Part shown: piece after piece, positions 25,422-34,760 of the stretch
Layout: each line of letters starts with the position of its first letter
Numbering within the stretch: the stretch's first letter is position 1
Source of the DNA: Candidatus Roizmanbacteria bacterium CG_4_9_14_0_2_um_filter_39_13
GTDB lineage: Bacteria; Patescibacteriota; Microgenomatia; UBA1406; GWC2-37-13
Reading direction: 5' to 3'
DNA length: 34,786 nucleotides
Assembly (NCBI GenBank): GCA_002788865.1
Contig: PFSC01000156.1
Span: 1 to 34,786, forward strand
Position numbers and translations under genes: made by a program
The notes under the pieces: generated by a model
What the model was told of the DNA's origin: nothing
What the model saw: only the letters and a program-made list of their open reading frames with translations
Databases searched by the model: none

Positions 25422-26156
25422 ATGCTAAAAATCAACAACCTCATCGTATCCATTGATGGTAAAACAATATTAAACGATATTAACTTTATCTTTGAAAAGG
25501 GGAAAACATACGCCATCATGGGCCCAAACGGATCAGGTAAATCTACGCTTGCCTATTCGCTTATGGGACACCCCGCTTACAAAATTTCAAATTCCAAATC
25601 ACAAATATCAAATGATAATACGATAGTGTTAAATGGAGAAGATATTACTGCAATGGAACCCCACGCGCGGGCACAAGCAGGCATGTTTCTTTCTTTTCAA
25701 ACACCTTTGGCACTTTCTGGCGTGAAGGTATACCAGCTTTTGCAACTTGCAATGCATGGCAAAAAGGATCCGCTCAAAATACGGAATGAAGCCAAAGCGT
25801 ATGCAAAAGAACTTGGAATAAGTGAAGAACTGTTAAATCGCCCACTCAATGAAGGTGCCTCAGGTGGAGAACGAAAAAAAATGGAAGTACTTCAAGCGGC
25901 AGTATTGGGCAAGAGCCTGCTAATATTTGACGAAGTTGATACCGGAGTAGACGTAGACGCGCTTAAATCTATTTCAAAATTTCTTATTAAATACAAAAAA
26001 GATAAAACGTACATTGTCATCACTCATTACAATCGAATTCTTCATTATCTGAAACCAGACCACGTGCTTGTCATGGTTGAAGGTAAGATAGTAAAAGTAG
26101 GCGGTCCAGAGCTTGCCAAAACAATTGAGGATGAAGGGTATGAAGCATTTACTTAA
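25422..26156 (+). CDS. sufC: Fe-S assembly ATPase SufC
   Basis: Walker A GPNGSGKST, signature SGGERKK, Walker B LLIFDEVDTG and ITHY. ATG at 25422 is preferred over the TTG at 25416. Confidence 0.92.
   Translation: MLKINNLIVSIDGKTILNDINFIFEKGKTYAIMGPNGSGKSTLAYSLMGHPAYKISNSKSQISNDNTIVLNGEDITAMEPHARAQAGMFLSFQTPLALSGVKVYQLLQLAMHGKKDPLKIRNEAKAYAKELGISEELLNRPLNEGASGGERKKMEVLQAAVLGKSLLIFDEVDTGVDVDALKSISKFLIKYKKDKTYIVITHYNRILHYLKPDHVLVMVEGKIVKVGGPELAKTIEDEGYEAFT
25581..25615 (+). repeat. CAAATnn degenerate heptamer array inside sufC
   Basis: aaaatttcaaattccaaatcacaaatatcaaatga encodes KISNSKSQISND. This is about 8 residues more than E. coli SufC has at that loop. Confidence 0.7.
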
Positions 26157-26159
26157 TCT

Positions 26160-27572
26160 ATGAAAGTTACTCGAGACAAACAAAAAGAAGATCTCAATTT
26201 TGACTACAAATACGGGTTTTCTATGCCTGAAAAATCATTTTACAAGGCAAAAAAAGGTCTTCGAGAAGATGTGGTCCGCATGATCTCCAAGATCAAAAAA
26301 GAGCCAGATTGGATGTTGGAGTTTCGTTTGAAGGCATACAAAATCTTTCTCGAAAAGAACATGCCAAAGTTTGGTCCCAGTCTTGAAAACATAGATTTTG
26401 ACAATATATATTATTACCTCAAGCCGACAGAAAATCAGGCCGATGCTTGGGAAGACCTTCCTGCAGAAATAAAAGAGACCTACGATCGCATTGGAGTTCC
26501 AGAGGCAGAAAAGAAGTTTTTGGCTGGAGTAAGTGCGCAGTATGAATCTGAAGTCGTATACGAGAGCGTAAATAAAGAACTGGCAAAAGAAGGTGTGATT
26601 TTTTGTGACATGGACACAGCTCTTCGTGAACATGAAGATATCGTGAAGGAGTATTTTGGAACCTTGATTCCTGCACATGACAATAAGTTTGCTGCATTAA
26701 ATAGTGCCGTGTGGTCTGGTGGATCGTTTGTATACGTTCCCAAAGGTGTGAAGGTAAAACTCCCCCTTCAAGCATATTTTCGAATTAATGCTGAGCGATT
26801 TGGTCAGTTTGAACGAACCTTGATAATCGCAGAGGAAGGTAGCGATGTACATTATGTCGAGGGTTGTACTGCGCCCATCTATACAAGTGAATCGCTTCAC
26901 GCTGCAGTTGTAGAAATATTTGTAAAAAAAGATGCTCATGTTCGGTATACCACGGTGCAAAATTGGAGCACGAACATTTACAATCTCGTGACGAAGCGAA
27001 CTCATTGTGGTGAAAATGGATTTATGGAATGGATTGATTGCAATATTGGAAGTGGCATAACAATGAAGTATCCAAGTGTATACCTCCATGGAGAAGGCGC
27101 TCGCGGAGAGGTACTTTCGATTGCCTTCGCTGGCAAAGGTCAGATACAAGATGCGGGTGCCAAAATGATGCATTTTGCACCAAATACAAGCTCGCGTATC
27201 GTGTCAAAGTCCATATCAAAAGACGGAGGAAGAACATCGTATCGCGGACTCGTGCAGGTTTCCCCTGGTGCCAAAAACTCAACAGTCTTTGTGTCGTGTG
27301 ATGCTTTGATATTGGACGAAGAATCTCGATCTGATACCTACCCAACGATGAAAATTAAGGAAAATGATGTCGAGATACAACACGAAGCAACGGTCGAAAA
27401 ACTCGGCGATGAGAAATTGTTTTACCTCAGGTCTCGTGGACTAAATCGAGCCGACGCTGAAAGTGCTCTCGTTCTGGGATTTATGGAGCCAGTGACCAAA
27501 AAAATTCCTTTGGAATATTCAATTGAACTAAATAGATTAATTAAGTTAGAGATGGAAGGGAGTGTGGGGTAA
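26160..27572 (+). CDS. sufB: Fe-S cluster assembly protein SufB
   Basis: 470 aa. [34 protein letters not shown] and HEATV..L..E.LFYL.SRG motifs. Confidence 0.92.
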   Translation: MKVTRDKQKEDLNFDYKYGFSMPEKSFYKAKKGLREDVVRMISKIKKEPDWMLEFRLKAYKIFLEKNMPKFGPSLENIDFDNIYYYLKPTENQADAWEDLPAEIKETYDRIGVPEAEKKFLAGVSAQYESEVVYESVNKELAKEGVIFCDMDTALREHEDIVKEYFGTLIPAHDNKFAALNSAVWSGGSFVYVPKGVKVKLPLQAYFRINAERFGQFERTLIIAEEGSDVHYVEGCTAPIYTSESLHAAVVEIFVKKDAHVRYTTVQNWSTNIYNLVTKRTHCGENGFMEWIDCNIGSGITMKYPSVYLHGEGARGEVLSIAFAGKGQIQDAGAKMMHFAPNTSSRIVSKSISKDGGRTSYRGLVQVSPGAKNSTVFVSCDALILDEESRSDTYPTMKIKENDVEIQHEATVEKLGDEKLFYLRSRGLNRADAESALVLGFMEPVTKKIPLEYSIELNRLIKLEMEGSVG

Positions 27573-27579
27573 TATTATT

Positions 27580-27728
27580 GTCATTCTGAGTAGGAGCGAA
27601 AGCGACGACCGAAGAATCCATGTATTGTCATGCTGAATTTATAGTTCAGCATCTTTGATCGATAGATCCTGAAACAAGTTCAGGATGACAGTGAGATACA
27701 TGGATCCTTCGCTCACGCTCGGGATGAC
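27580..27728. repeat. GTCAT-hairpin repeat cluster C (four units) filling the sufB-sufD spacer
   Basis: - 27580-27622: gtcattctgagtaggagcgaaagcgacgaccgaagaatccatg
- 27627-27652: gtcATGCTGAAtttatagTTCAGCAT
- 27665-27689: reverse unit gATCCTGAAacaagTTCAGGATgac
- 27699-27728: reverse unit catggatccttcgctcacgctcgggatgac. Confidence 0.85.
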
Positions 27729-27743
27729 AAAGAATAAATATAT

Positions 27744-28316
27744 ATGATATTTACAAACCTCAACAAAACCAAACAAGATCACATGACCTTTGATAAAAAG
27801 GGAGAAACCTATGTGGTCTTTTTTCACAATATTTCTGGGAAATTAACCTTTGATATTACCGCTCCAAACATTGAGCTGTACATATATGGATTATTTACCG
27901 GCAAAAATTCTGATGAATTTCATATTGAAACTATTCAAAGACATACTGCTCCAGGATCGATTTCTGACCTTTTTATAAAAGGAGTATTTCAAGATACGTC
28001 CAAATTCATTTACCAAGGACTCATTCGACTGGAAAAAGACGCACAACAATCTCATTCCTATCAAAAAAATCAAAACCTCATCTTGTCTCCTGGAGTATTT
28101 GTGGATTCTCGACCGTATCTGGAAATTTTGGCTAATGATGTATTTTGTACTCACGGATCGACCACTGGTAAGCTGAGTGCCGATCAACTACTATATGCTC
28201 AAACCAGAGGCTTGGATAACGATACTGCCCGAGACATGCTCGTGCAAGGATTTATCGATGAAGTCTACGATAGAGTGAAAGCCAAGGTTCCCACATTTGA
28301 GCCTCTTAAACAGTAA
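27744..28316 (+). CDS. sufD: minimal SufD (SufBD-domain protein)
   Basis: 190 aa. HTAPGSISDLFIKGV, SHSYQKNQNLILS and EILANDVFCTHGSTTGKLSADQLLYAQTRGL match the C-terminal half of SufD. Confidence 0.75.
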   Translation: MIFTNLNKTKQDHMTFDKKGETYVVFFHNISGKLTFDITAPNIELYIYGLFTGKNSDEFHIETIQRHTAPGSISDLFIKGVFQDTSKFIYQGLIRLEKDAQQSHSYQKNQNLILSPGVFVDSRPYLEILANDVFCTHGSTTGKLSADQLLYAQTRGLDNDTARDMLVQGFIDEVYDRVKAKVPTFEPLKQ

Positions 28317-29355
28317 CATCATTCAAAGAAAGTCTCGCTACTCTATCTATCTCAGATACGTCCGATACATACAAACCTCGCTCCGCTTTGATTGCTCCAA
28401 CTAACCCGATCATTGCAGCATTATCAAAGTTCAGGTATTTGTATGGCGGAAACCATACCTGACCATCTTGTTCATGAATCATTTTTCGAAGTAAATATCG
28501 AAGTCTCTGATTCACTGCAACTCCTCCACCAACCAAAACTCTATGAATGCCAGTGTGTGCAATTGCTTTCAGTGTTTTTCGGACAATGGTAGCAAAGACC
28601 GCCTCCTGAAATGAGCTTGCAAGAGGTGCTATATGAGCGATTCTGTCTTCTTCGGATAGCGATTGAGTAAAGTATAAAAATGATGTTTTGAGTCCTGAAA
28701 ATGAAAAGTCAAAATTGTGTGATCCGATCATCGGTCGAGGAAATTTGTATTGATCTACATTCTCAACTTGAGACGCCAACCTTTCAAGCACTGGACCGCC
28801 GGGATATCCAAAACCGAGCATTCGCGCAGCTTTATCAAGTGCTTCACCTGCAGCATCATCACGCGTCTCACCAAGTATCTCGTACATTAAATGATCCTTA
28901 AACAGCACGAGCTCGGTATGCCCACCAGAAACAAGAAGTCCGATATAGGGAAATTTGAAATCAGTTTTTGGATTTCCTTTACTGTTTTGGACGAAGGGGG
29001 AATAAAGATGCCCTTCTATGTGATTTACGGCAATGATTGGTTTTTTGATTGATTGAGATATTTTTTTGGCTTTTTTGATACCGACTTCAAGGGCTATTGC
29101 AAGTCCCGGACCATAGGTTACCGCCATAGCATCGCAATTCGTAATTAGTAATTGAGCATTCTTCATTGCCTTCTCGATTACCCAATCAATCCGTTCTTCA
29201 TGTGCTCGACGAGCAATTGAAGGGACTACTCCCCCCCATTTTGTATGCATCGCAATTTGTGAATATTCGACATGCGAAAGGACTCGCCGACCGCAAACAA
29301 CGGCAGCCGATGTCTCGTCACATGATGTGTCAATTGCAAGAATTGTTATATTCAT
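28306..29355 (-). CDS. tsaD: tRNA N6-adenosine threonylcarbamoyltransferase TsaD (Kae1/Gcp family)
   Basis: 349 aa. ILAIDTSCDETSAAVV, HIEGHLYSP, LLVSGGHTEL and GGGVAVNQRLR. Confidence 0.92.
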   Translation of the reverse strand: MNITILAIDTSCDETSAAVVCGRRVLSHVEYSQIAMHTKWGGVVPSIARRAHEERIDWVIEKAMKNAQLLITNCDAMAVTYGPGLAIALEVGIKKAKKISQSIKKPIIAVNHIEGHLYSPFVQNSKGNPKTDFKFPYIGLLVSGGHTELVLFKDHLMYEILGETRDDAAGEALDKAARMLGFGYPGGPVLERLASQVENVDQYKFPRPMIGSHNFDFSFSGLKTSFLYFTQSLSEEDRIAHIAPLASSFQEAVFATIVRKTLKAIAHTGIHRVLVGGGVAVNQRLRYLLRKMIHEQDGQVWFPPYKYLNFDNAAMIGLVGAIKAERGLYVSDVSEIDRVARLSLNDVTV

Positions 29356-29368
29356 AATAAATTCTCAT

Positions 29369-29551
29369 GTCATCCTGATCCCGACTTTACCTTGGGAGAA
29401 GGATCCATGCATTGTCATCCCACACTTACCTGCTCGCCCCCGCCTGCAACGCTACTATGCGTAGCATTTGCGGGCAGGTCTGGAGAGTGATTTAGGATCC
29501 AGAAAATACATGGATTCTTCGGTCGTCGCTTTCGCTCTTACTCAGAATGAT
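29369..29551. repeat. GTCAT-hairpin repeat cluster D (three units) between tsaD and tsaC-tsaE
   Basis: - 29369-29409: gtcatcctgatcccgactttaccttgggagaaggatccatg
- 29414-29502: long unit with a nested hairpin (ACCTGC...GCTACtatgcGTAGC...GCAGGT)
- 29509-29551: reverse unit whose complement matches 27580-27622 at 41 of 43 positions. Confidence 0.85.
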
Positions 29552-29557
29552 AAATAA

Positions 29558-30655
29558 CTAACTTCTAATTGTTATCTTTCTTTCATTTTCATTCAGGTGT
29601 TCAATATTCACATGAACCACATTCGCTTTCTTACTAAACCGCTCATACATTTTTCCCAACTTTTCTCCCCACTCCACAACCATGATATTTCCTGGTTTAA
29701 GATACGATTCAAGACCTAGGTGTTCAAACTCCGCTTCTTCTTGAATATTGTATAAATCAACATGTATAAATTTCTTAGTTTGAAATTTGGATTTTGAATT
29801 TTGAAATTTCAAAATGTCATATTCATAATAAACCACATACGTAGGTGAGACAATTTTTTGTATTCCAAGATACTGAGCTATCCCTCGTGTCATTTCTGTT
29901 TTTCCTGATCCCAAGTCTCCCTTCAATACAATGACAATTGGTTTCTGATTCTTTTTTGCAATAATTTTTTTGATTATTGATTCTCCAATTTTTCGAGTTT
30001 CCTCAGAAGTTTGAGACGTCAGCTTTTCTATTTTCGCATTTGTAACTATGATGTCGCCTTCTCGAAGAATTTTCAAAGTGCTTTGGGTAAGATCAATCAC
30101 CGTTGACGGTTTGTTGAGAGGGAGCTTTCCCGCATCGACAATAAGATCTATCTGCTCATATTTGGATGTAGGAAGTTGATTTGTGAGAGATTCAATCGAA
30201 TAGTGTGGACTTTTCCCACCAAGGTTTGCAGATGTGGCGGTAATAGGAGAACCATATATTCGGGCGAGGCTCAAAAGTGGAAAATAATTGGGAATCCTCA
30301 TGCCAACTGTTCCATTTTCTGCTTCAAGTTCTTTTTGTACCGTATGTTTCGATGACAATACCATTGTAAATGGTCCTGGAAGCAGATCCGAGAGCATGAG
30401 TTTTTGTGTATGATTTATACACGCATGTCGCTCGCATTCGGCAATATCCGAAACAAAAATCGAAACTGCTTTTCCAGGAGCTCTATTTTTGAATGCAATT
30501 AATTTTTGGACAGCTTTTTCATTTGTCGCATCAACCAAAAGTCCATAAACGGTATCTGATGGAAATACCACAAGACCTCCACCTCGTAGTATTTTCGCAA
30601 CCGTCTCAATAACGTCGTTAGTATTTTTGGGTAAAAGTTTAATTATGCCTGTCAT
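29558..30655 (-). CDS. TsaC(YrdC-domain)-TsaE fusion protein (t6A biosynthesis)
   Basis: 365 aa. The N-terminal half has LRGGGLVVFPSDTVYGLLVDA and ATSANLGGKS (YrdC/Sua5-type threonylcarbamoyl-AMP synthase). The C-terminal half has LKGDLGSGKTEMTRGIAQYLG, SPTYVVYYEY and HVDLYN (TsaE/YjeE P-loop ATPase). Confidence 0.8.
   Translation of the reverse strand: MTGIIKLLPKNTNDVIETVAKILRGGGLVVFPSDTVYGLLVDATNEKAVQKLIAFKNRAPGKAVSIFVSDIAECERHACINHTQKLMLSDLLPGPFTMVLSSKHTVQKELEAENGTVGMRIPNYFPLLSLARIYGSPITATSANLGGKSPHYSIESLTNQLPTSKYEQIDLIVDAGKLPLNKPSTVIDLTQSTLKILREGDIIVTNAKIEKLTSQTSEETRKIGESIIKKIIAKKNQKPIVIVLKGDLGSGKTEMTRGIAQYLGIQKIVSPTYVVYYEYDILKFQNSKSKFQTKKFIHVDLYNIQEEAEFEHLGLESYLKPGNIMVVEWGEKLGKMYERFSKKANVVHVNIEHLNENERKITIRS
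29778..29815 (-). repeat. GAAATTT-like degenerate heptamer array inside the TsaE part
   Basis: agtttgaaatttggattttgaattttgaaatttcaaaa (plus strand) encodes ILKFQNSKSKFQTKK. This is about 10 residues more than E. coli TsaE has between the SPTY strand and the DLY motif. Confidence 0.7.
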
Positions 30656-30711
30656 AGAAAGCTCACATTATACTGAATAAGGGTCTCTAGAACAAACTTT
30701 CAATACTTAAA

Positions 30712-30837
30712 TGACACTCCCCGACCCAAGGGTCAAGGTATCTTGTGTCATCCCCGACCTGATCCCCGTTTTCACGGGGACGGATCCAGATCATTGTAAT
30801 AATCTAAAAACTGGATTCCTGCCTTCGCAGGAATGAC
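30712..30837. repeat. GTCAT-hairpin repeat cluster E upstream of ftsH / tsaC-tsaE
   Basis: - 30712-30745: partial unit (tgacactccccGACCCaaGGGTC...)
- 30747-30789: gtcatccccgacctgaTCCCCGttttcaCGGGGAcggatccag
- 30811-30837: reverse unit ctggATTCCTGCcttcGCAGGAATgac. Confidence 0.8.
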
Positions 30838-30901
30838 AAACTGTGTCAAGAACCCTGAACTCTTTCAATCTTTTTAACACCCTGATTTTCCCCACATGAT
30901 A

Positions 30902-30910
30902 TGTTAGAAT
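30902..30910 (+). promoter_or_regulatory. extended -10 box TGtTAGAAT 7 nt before the ftsH ATG
   Basis: The sequence is tgttagaat-aagctgt-ATG. There is no SD and no convincing -35. Confidence 0.35.
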
Positions 30911-30917
30911 AAGCTGT

Positions 30918-32783
30918 ATGAAAAAAGAGAGTCTAAAAAATAATAAAAATAAGAAAATTAAGGAGTTTCGCATAAACTTCGATATTAAAACAGTCTTTGT
31001 CTTTATTTTTGCAACATTTTTTCTTTACACGCTATTTGAACCTGCTATCAGCGAGTCGATGAATAATTCTGACGAAGTTCCTTTGACCAAAATTCTTCAG
31101 GATATAAAGACAAATAAAGTAAAGAGCGTACTTGTAGAAGACAATAAAGTGACCGCCACATACAAAAATGATAAAAAGCTCATCACTCGAAAAGAAGCTC
31201 GAGATAGTTTTCGACAAATCCTAAACGATAATGAAATTCCACTCGATCAGGTTGCAATTGAGACAAAAGACTCTACTCTTACTGTAGAAATTCTTCGCGT
31301 AGCGGGAAGTATCATTCCAGCGATCTTACTGTTTGCCTTTTTCTGGTTTGTCATGCGACAGGCCCGCGGAGCCCAAGATTCAGTATTTTCTTTTGGACAA
31401 TCCAAAGCCAAGCGATTTATAAAACAAAAATCAAACACCACATTCAAAGACGTTGCAGGTGTGGAAGAAGCGAAAAAAGAACTTGAAGAGATCGTAGATT
31501 TTCTTAAAAACCCTGAAAAATATCGCAAGCTCGGCGCCCGAGCTCCAAAAGGCGTCATGCTCGTAGGGCCTGCAGGAACAGGGAAAACTCTGCTTGCAAA
31601 AGCTACCGCAGGCGAAGCAAGTGTCCCATTTTACTCAATCGCAGGATCTGAGTTTATGGAAATGCTTGTTGGGATCGGTGCAGCACGTGTCAGGGACCTC
31701 TTTAATACCGCAAAAAAAACTTCTCCATCAATCATATTTATCGATGAGATCGACGCGATAGGAAGGGCACGATCACGAGGAGTCATGTCGTCACACGATG
31801 AGCGAGAACAGACGCTCAATCAAATTCTTGTTGAGATGGATGGATTCACTCCAAGTGAGCAAGTTATCGTGGTCGCTGCGACAAATCGTGGAGATCTTCT
31901 TGATCCAGCACTTCTTCGACCAGGTCGATTTGATCGAAGAATTATGGTTGACTACCCAGATGTAGAAGGTCGAGAAGCGATCATCAAAATCCATTCGCGA
32001 AACAAACCATTTGATAAAAATGTTCGCTGGGATCGAGTTGCAAAGCGGACAGTTGGCTACTCTGGAGCAGATATTGAAAATATGATGAACGAAGCAGCAA
32101 TCAGTGCGGCTCGAAACAATAAGCCAGCAATCTCTATGGAAAACATCGAAGATGCCGCTACAAAAGTCAAGCTTGGACCTGAGAAGAAGCGACTACAAAC
32201 AGAGCTCGATCGTAAGATTACTGCATATCATGAAGCTGGACATGCCGTTGTTTCTCATTTTCAAAAATTGACAGACCCTGTCCATCGAATCTCGATTGTC
32301 TCACGAGGTATGGCGCTTGGGTATACTCTCATTCCACCAGGAAAGGATCAGCTTCATACCTCTTTCTCCCAACTACTTGAACGACTCGCGGTCATCATGG
32401 GTGGACGCGCAGCAGAAGAGACGGTCTTCAAAGAAATAACAACAGGAGCATCAAATGATTTTGATCAGGCGACAAACATCGCGCGGCGTATGGTCACTGA
32501 TTTTGGTATGAGCTCTCTTGGACCGGTCAATTTTGGACCTACTCAAGACATCACAGAATGGGGATCAGAGTTTTGGGAACAGAATAATATTTCTCAAGAA
32601 ATGATGGCAAAAATCGATCATGAGATCAATAGAATCCTGACTCAAGCATATGAAAAAGCTGTTCAGATTGTCAAAAAGAATCGAAAAGCACTCGACAAAG
32701 TCGCAGCTAATCTTATGGAACATGAAAGTATGAACCAGGATCACTTTGAAAAAATTGTCGGGATAAAAAAGATCAACAAGTAA
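30918..32783 (+). CDS. ftsH: ATP-dependent zinc metalloprotease FtsH
   Basis: 621 aa. Two N-terminal TM segments, AAA Walker [14 protein letters not shown], Walker [13 protein letters not shown] region [20 protein letters not shown], and Zn motif HEAGHAV. Confidence 0.95.
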   Translation: MKKESLKNNKNKKIKEFRINFDIKTVFVFIFATFFLYTLFEPAISESMNNSDEVPLTKILQDIKTNKVKSVLVEDNKVTATYKNDKKLITRKEARDSFRQILNDNEIPLDQVAIETKDSTLTVEILRVAGSIIPAILLFAFFWFVMRQARGAQDSVFSFGQSKAKRFIKQKSNTTFKDVAGVEEAKKELEEIVDFLKNPEKYRKLGARAPKGVMLVGPAGTGKTLLAKATAGEASVPFYSIAGSEFMEMLVGIGAARVRDLFNTAKKTSPSIIFIDEIDAIGRARSRGVMSSHDEREQTLNQILVEMDGFTPSEQVIVVAATNRGDLLDPALLRPGRFDRRIMVDYPDVEGREAIIKIHSRNKPFDKNVRWDRVAKRTVGYSGADIENMMNEAAISAARNNKPAISMENIEDAATKVKLGPEKKRLQTELDRKITAYHEAGHAVVSHFQKLTDPVHRISIVSRGMALGYTLIPPGKDQLHTSFSQLLERLAVIMGGRAAEETVFKEITTGASNDFDQATNIARRMVTDFGMSSLGPVNFGPTQDITEWGSEFWEQNNISQEMMAKIDHEINRILTQAYEKAVQIVKKNRKALDKVAANLMEHESMNQDHFEKIVGIKKINK

Positions 32784-32820
32784 CTTCATACCTCTGTCTT
32801 CCATCCTGTATACTTTGCTC

Positions 32821-33753
32821 ATGAAAACACTTCTGCTTATTGACGGCCATGCGATGATTCATCGTGCTTTTCATGCGCTTCCCATGACAATGACCACAAA
32901 AGCTGGAGAGCCAACTGGTGCAATCTATGGGTTTTTTCTCATGTTTCACAAAGTTCTGGCCGACTTCAAACCGACCCATTTGGCGGTAGCTTTTGACACA
33001 CCAAAACCAACCTTTCGGAAAAAACTCTACAAAGGATATCAAGCCAAACGCCCCCCAATGGATCCAACTCTCAAAGCACAAATTCCTCAGATCAAAACGT
33101 TACTTGACGCTGGAGGAATTCAGCGTATTGAGCGTTCGGGATTTGAGGCAGATGATGTGATTGGCACCCTAGTCGAGCAAAATAAGAAAAACTTCGAACG
33201 CGTACTCATTTTGACTGGTGACAGAGATTTACTGCAACTCACTGACACAAATGTATTTTTGATTGCACCAAAAATGGGAGTCACAAACTTTGATCTCTAC
33301 ACCCCATATGAAGTTGAAAAAAAATATGGCGTGACACCTGAACATTTTCCTGATTATAAAGCACTTGCAGGAGACTCATCAGATAACTACAATACCGCCC
33401 GTGGTATTGGTCCCAAAACAACACGGATGCTTCTTTCCGATCATCCAACAATCGAAGATTTGCTGACAAACATTGATACGGTAACGAATCCCAGGTGGCG
33501 TACAATTTTGACTGAAAATAAAGACAGGATAATTCTTTTCAAAAAGATAGCTACAATTCTGCGCAGTTTAGACATCGATACCACAGAACAACAGCTTGAA
33601 TTCAATGGATATCAAGATGATTTGCAAGAAAGCCTCAAAAAATTTGAGCTTTTTGCACTTTCAAATAAATTGTTTCCAACGCCATCTACTACAAAGAAAA
33701 CAGAACCATCAATGAAGAAAAAGCTCATTCCCGAACAAATAAACCTATTCTAA
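32821..33753 (+). CDS. stand-alone 5'-3' exonuclease / flap endonuclease (Pol I N-terminal domain type)
   Basis: LLLIDGHAMIHRAFHALP, FEADDVIGTL, LTGDRDLLQL and GIGPKT (H3TH). There is no polymerase domain. ATG at 32821 is preferred over the TTG at 32815, and TATACT lies 6 nt upstream. Confidence 0.85.
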   Translation: MKTLLLIDGHAMIHRAFHALPMTMTTKAGEPTGAIYGFFLMFHKVLADFKPTHLAVAFDTPKPTFRKKLYKGYQAKRPPMDPTLKAQIPQIKTLLDAGGIQRIERSGFEADDVIGTLVEQNKKNFERVLILTGDRDLLQLTDTNVFLIAPKMGVTNFDLYTPYEVEKKYGVTPEHFPDYKALAGDSSDNYNTARGIGPKTTRMLLSDHPTIEDLLTNIDTVTNPRWRTILTENKDRIILFKKIATILRSLDIDTTEQQLEFNGYQDDLQESLKKFELFALSNKLFPTPSTTKKTEPSMKKKLIPEQINLF

Positions 33754-33793
33754 ATTGAAAAATTAGAAATTAGAAATTAGAAATTAGAAATTT
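33752..33793. repeat. tandem heptamer array (AAATTAG/AAATTGA) x ~5.7, intergenic
   Basis: aaattgaaaaattagaaattagaaattagaaattagaaattt lies directly after the exonuclease stop. Confidence 0.9.
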
Positions 33794-33801
33794 ATTCAAG
33801 C

Positions 33802-34191
33802 ATGTCCCCCGATACCCAACAAAATATATTCTATACAGCATATTTTATTATTACTCACAACGCACTCGCTTTCGTATATAGTGCTGGGATACTATTTGTG
33901 ACTACACATATGTTGTGGCGACCGAAACGAGGAAAAGTCCTCATTCTTTGGGGATTGATCATACTGCTTTTTGCATTTGAATACAGCAAGCATATTCTTG
34001 AGCCCTTGCGCCAACAGACCATTCAGTCTCTGATCACCGAACGTGAAAGTGTGCGTATTGAGTTTTATATCAATAAATTTCTGACAAAAATTGTTCCATT
34101 TGGACTCCCGATTTTTGGTTGGTTTCTGATAGGTATCGGGTTTTATTTTGATACACTTTTCTCAAAAGTAAGAAAATTCATAATTAAGTGA
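33802..34191 (+). CDS. hypothetical membrane protein
   Basis: 129 aa with three to four hydrophobic helices. No family recognised. Confidence 0.5.
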   Translation: MSPDTQQNIFYTAYFIITHNALAFVYSAGILFVTTHMLWRPKRGKVLILWGLIILLFAFEYSKHILEPLRQQTIQSLITERESVRIEFYINKFLTKIVPFGLPIFGWFLIGIGFYFDTLFSKVRKFIIK

Positions 34192-34210
34192 ATTACTATT
34201 TAATATACTT

Positions 34211-34552
34211 ATGGATATAAAAACATTACAGCTTCGTGCAGAAAAGTCTATTCTCAGAAGCAATTTAGATTTTAAACTCAATACAACCCGTGAAAAAGCA
34301 ATTCTCGCGCATACCGTCAAGCTCAATGAAGAGATGGGAGAACTCTGCAACGATATATTATCTATCCTCAAACTTCAGAGAGCTTCGAAGCTTGAAAACT
34401 TTGAAAAATCAAATATGTATGCAGAGTTTGCGGACGTACTCATCACAGTCCTTCAACTTGCTTCCATTGCACAAGTAGATATGGAGCGAGCAATACGAGA
34501 TAAGATGAAAAAGATCGAAACAAGAAAGAAAAAGGAAAAAAAAGAAGACTAA
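34211..34552 (+). CDS. MazG-like nucleotide pyrophosphohydrolase (all-alpha NTP-PPase)
   Basis: 113 aa. The pattern LNEEMGELCNDIL ... EFADVLITVLQLA fits the EExxE/ExxD helix pair of the MazG/dUTPase-like family. The C-terminal tail is lysine-rich. Confidence 0.55.
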   Translation: MDIKTLQLRAEKSILRSNLDFKLNTTREKAILAHTVKLNEEMGELCNDILSILKLQRASKLENFEKSNMYAEFADVLITVLQLASIAQVDMERAIRDKMKKIETRKKKEKKED

Positions 34553-34603
34553 TTACTATTCCATTATGATACTCTCAGACGCAGAGCATATGGGTATCTC
34601 GTT

Positions 34604-34666
34604 GTTATTCTGAGCGTAGCGAAGAATCCATGGACCCTTCTCCCACCAAGGCGGGATCAGGATGAC
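34604..34666. repeat. GTCAT-hairpin repeat pair (cluster F)
   Basis: Forward unit gttATTCTgagcgtagcgaAGAATccatg (34604-34632), sharing CCATGG with reverse unit catggacccttctcccaccaaggcgggatcaggatgac (34629-34666). Confidence 0.85.
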
Positions 34667-34760
34667 ATGTTCGATGGAAAGCGACGGGGAATTAGACTTA
34701 GTATGGGATTGGATACATAATAAATTTGAAGGTAAGAGTTCACTCTTCTTGACACACGTT

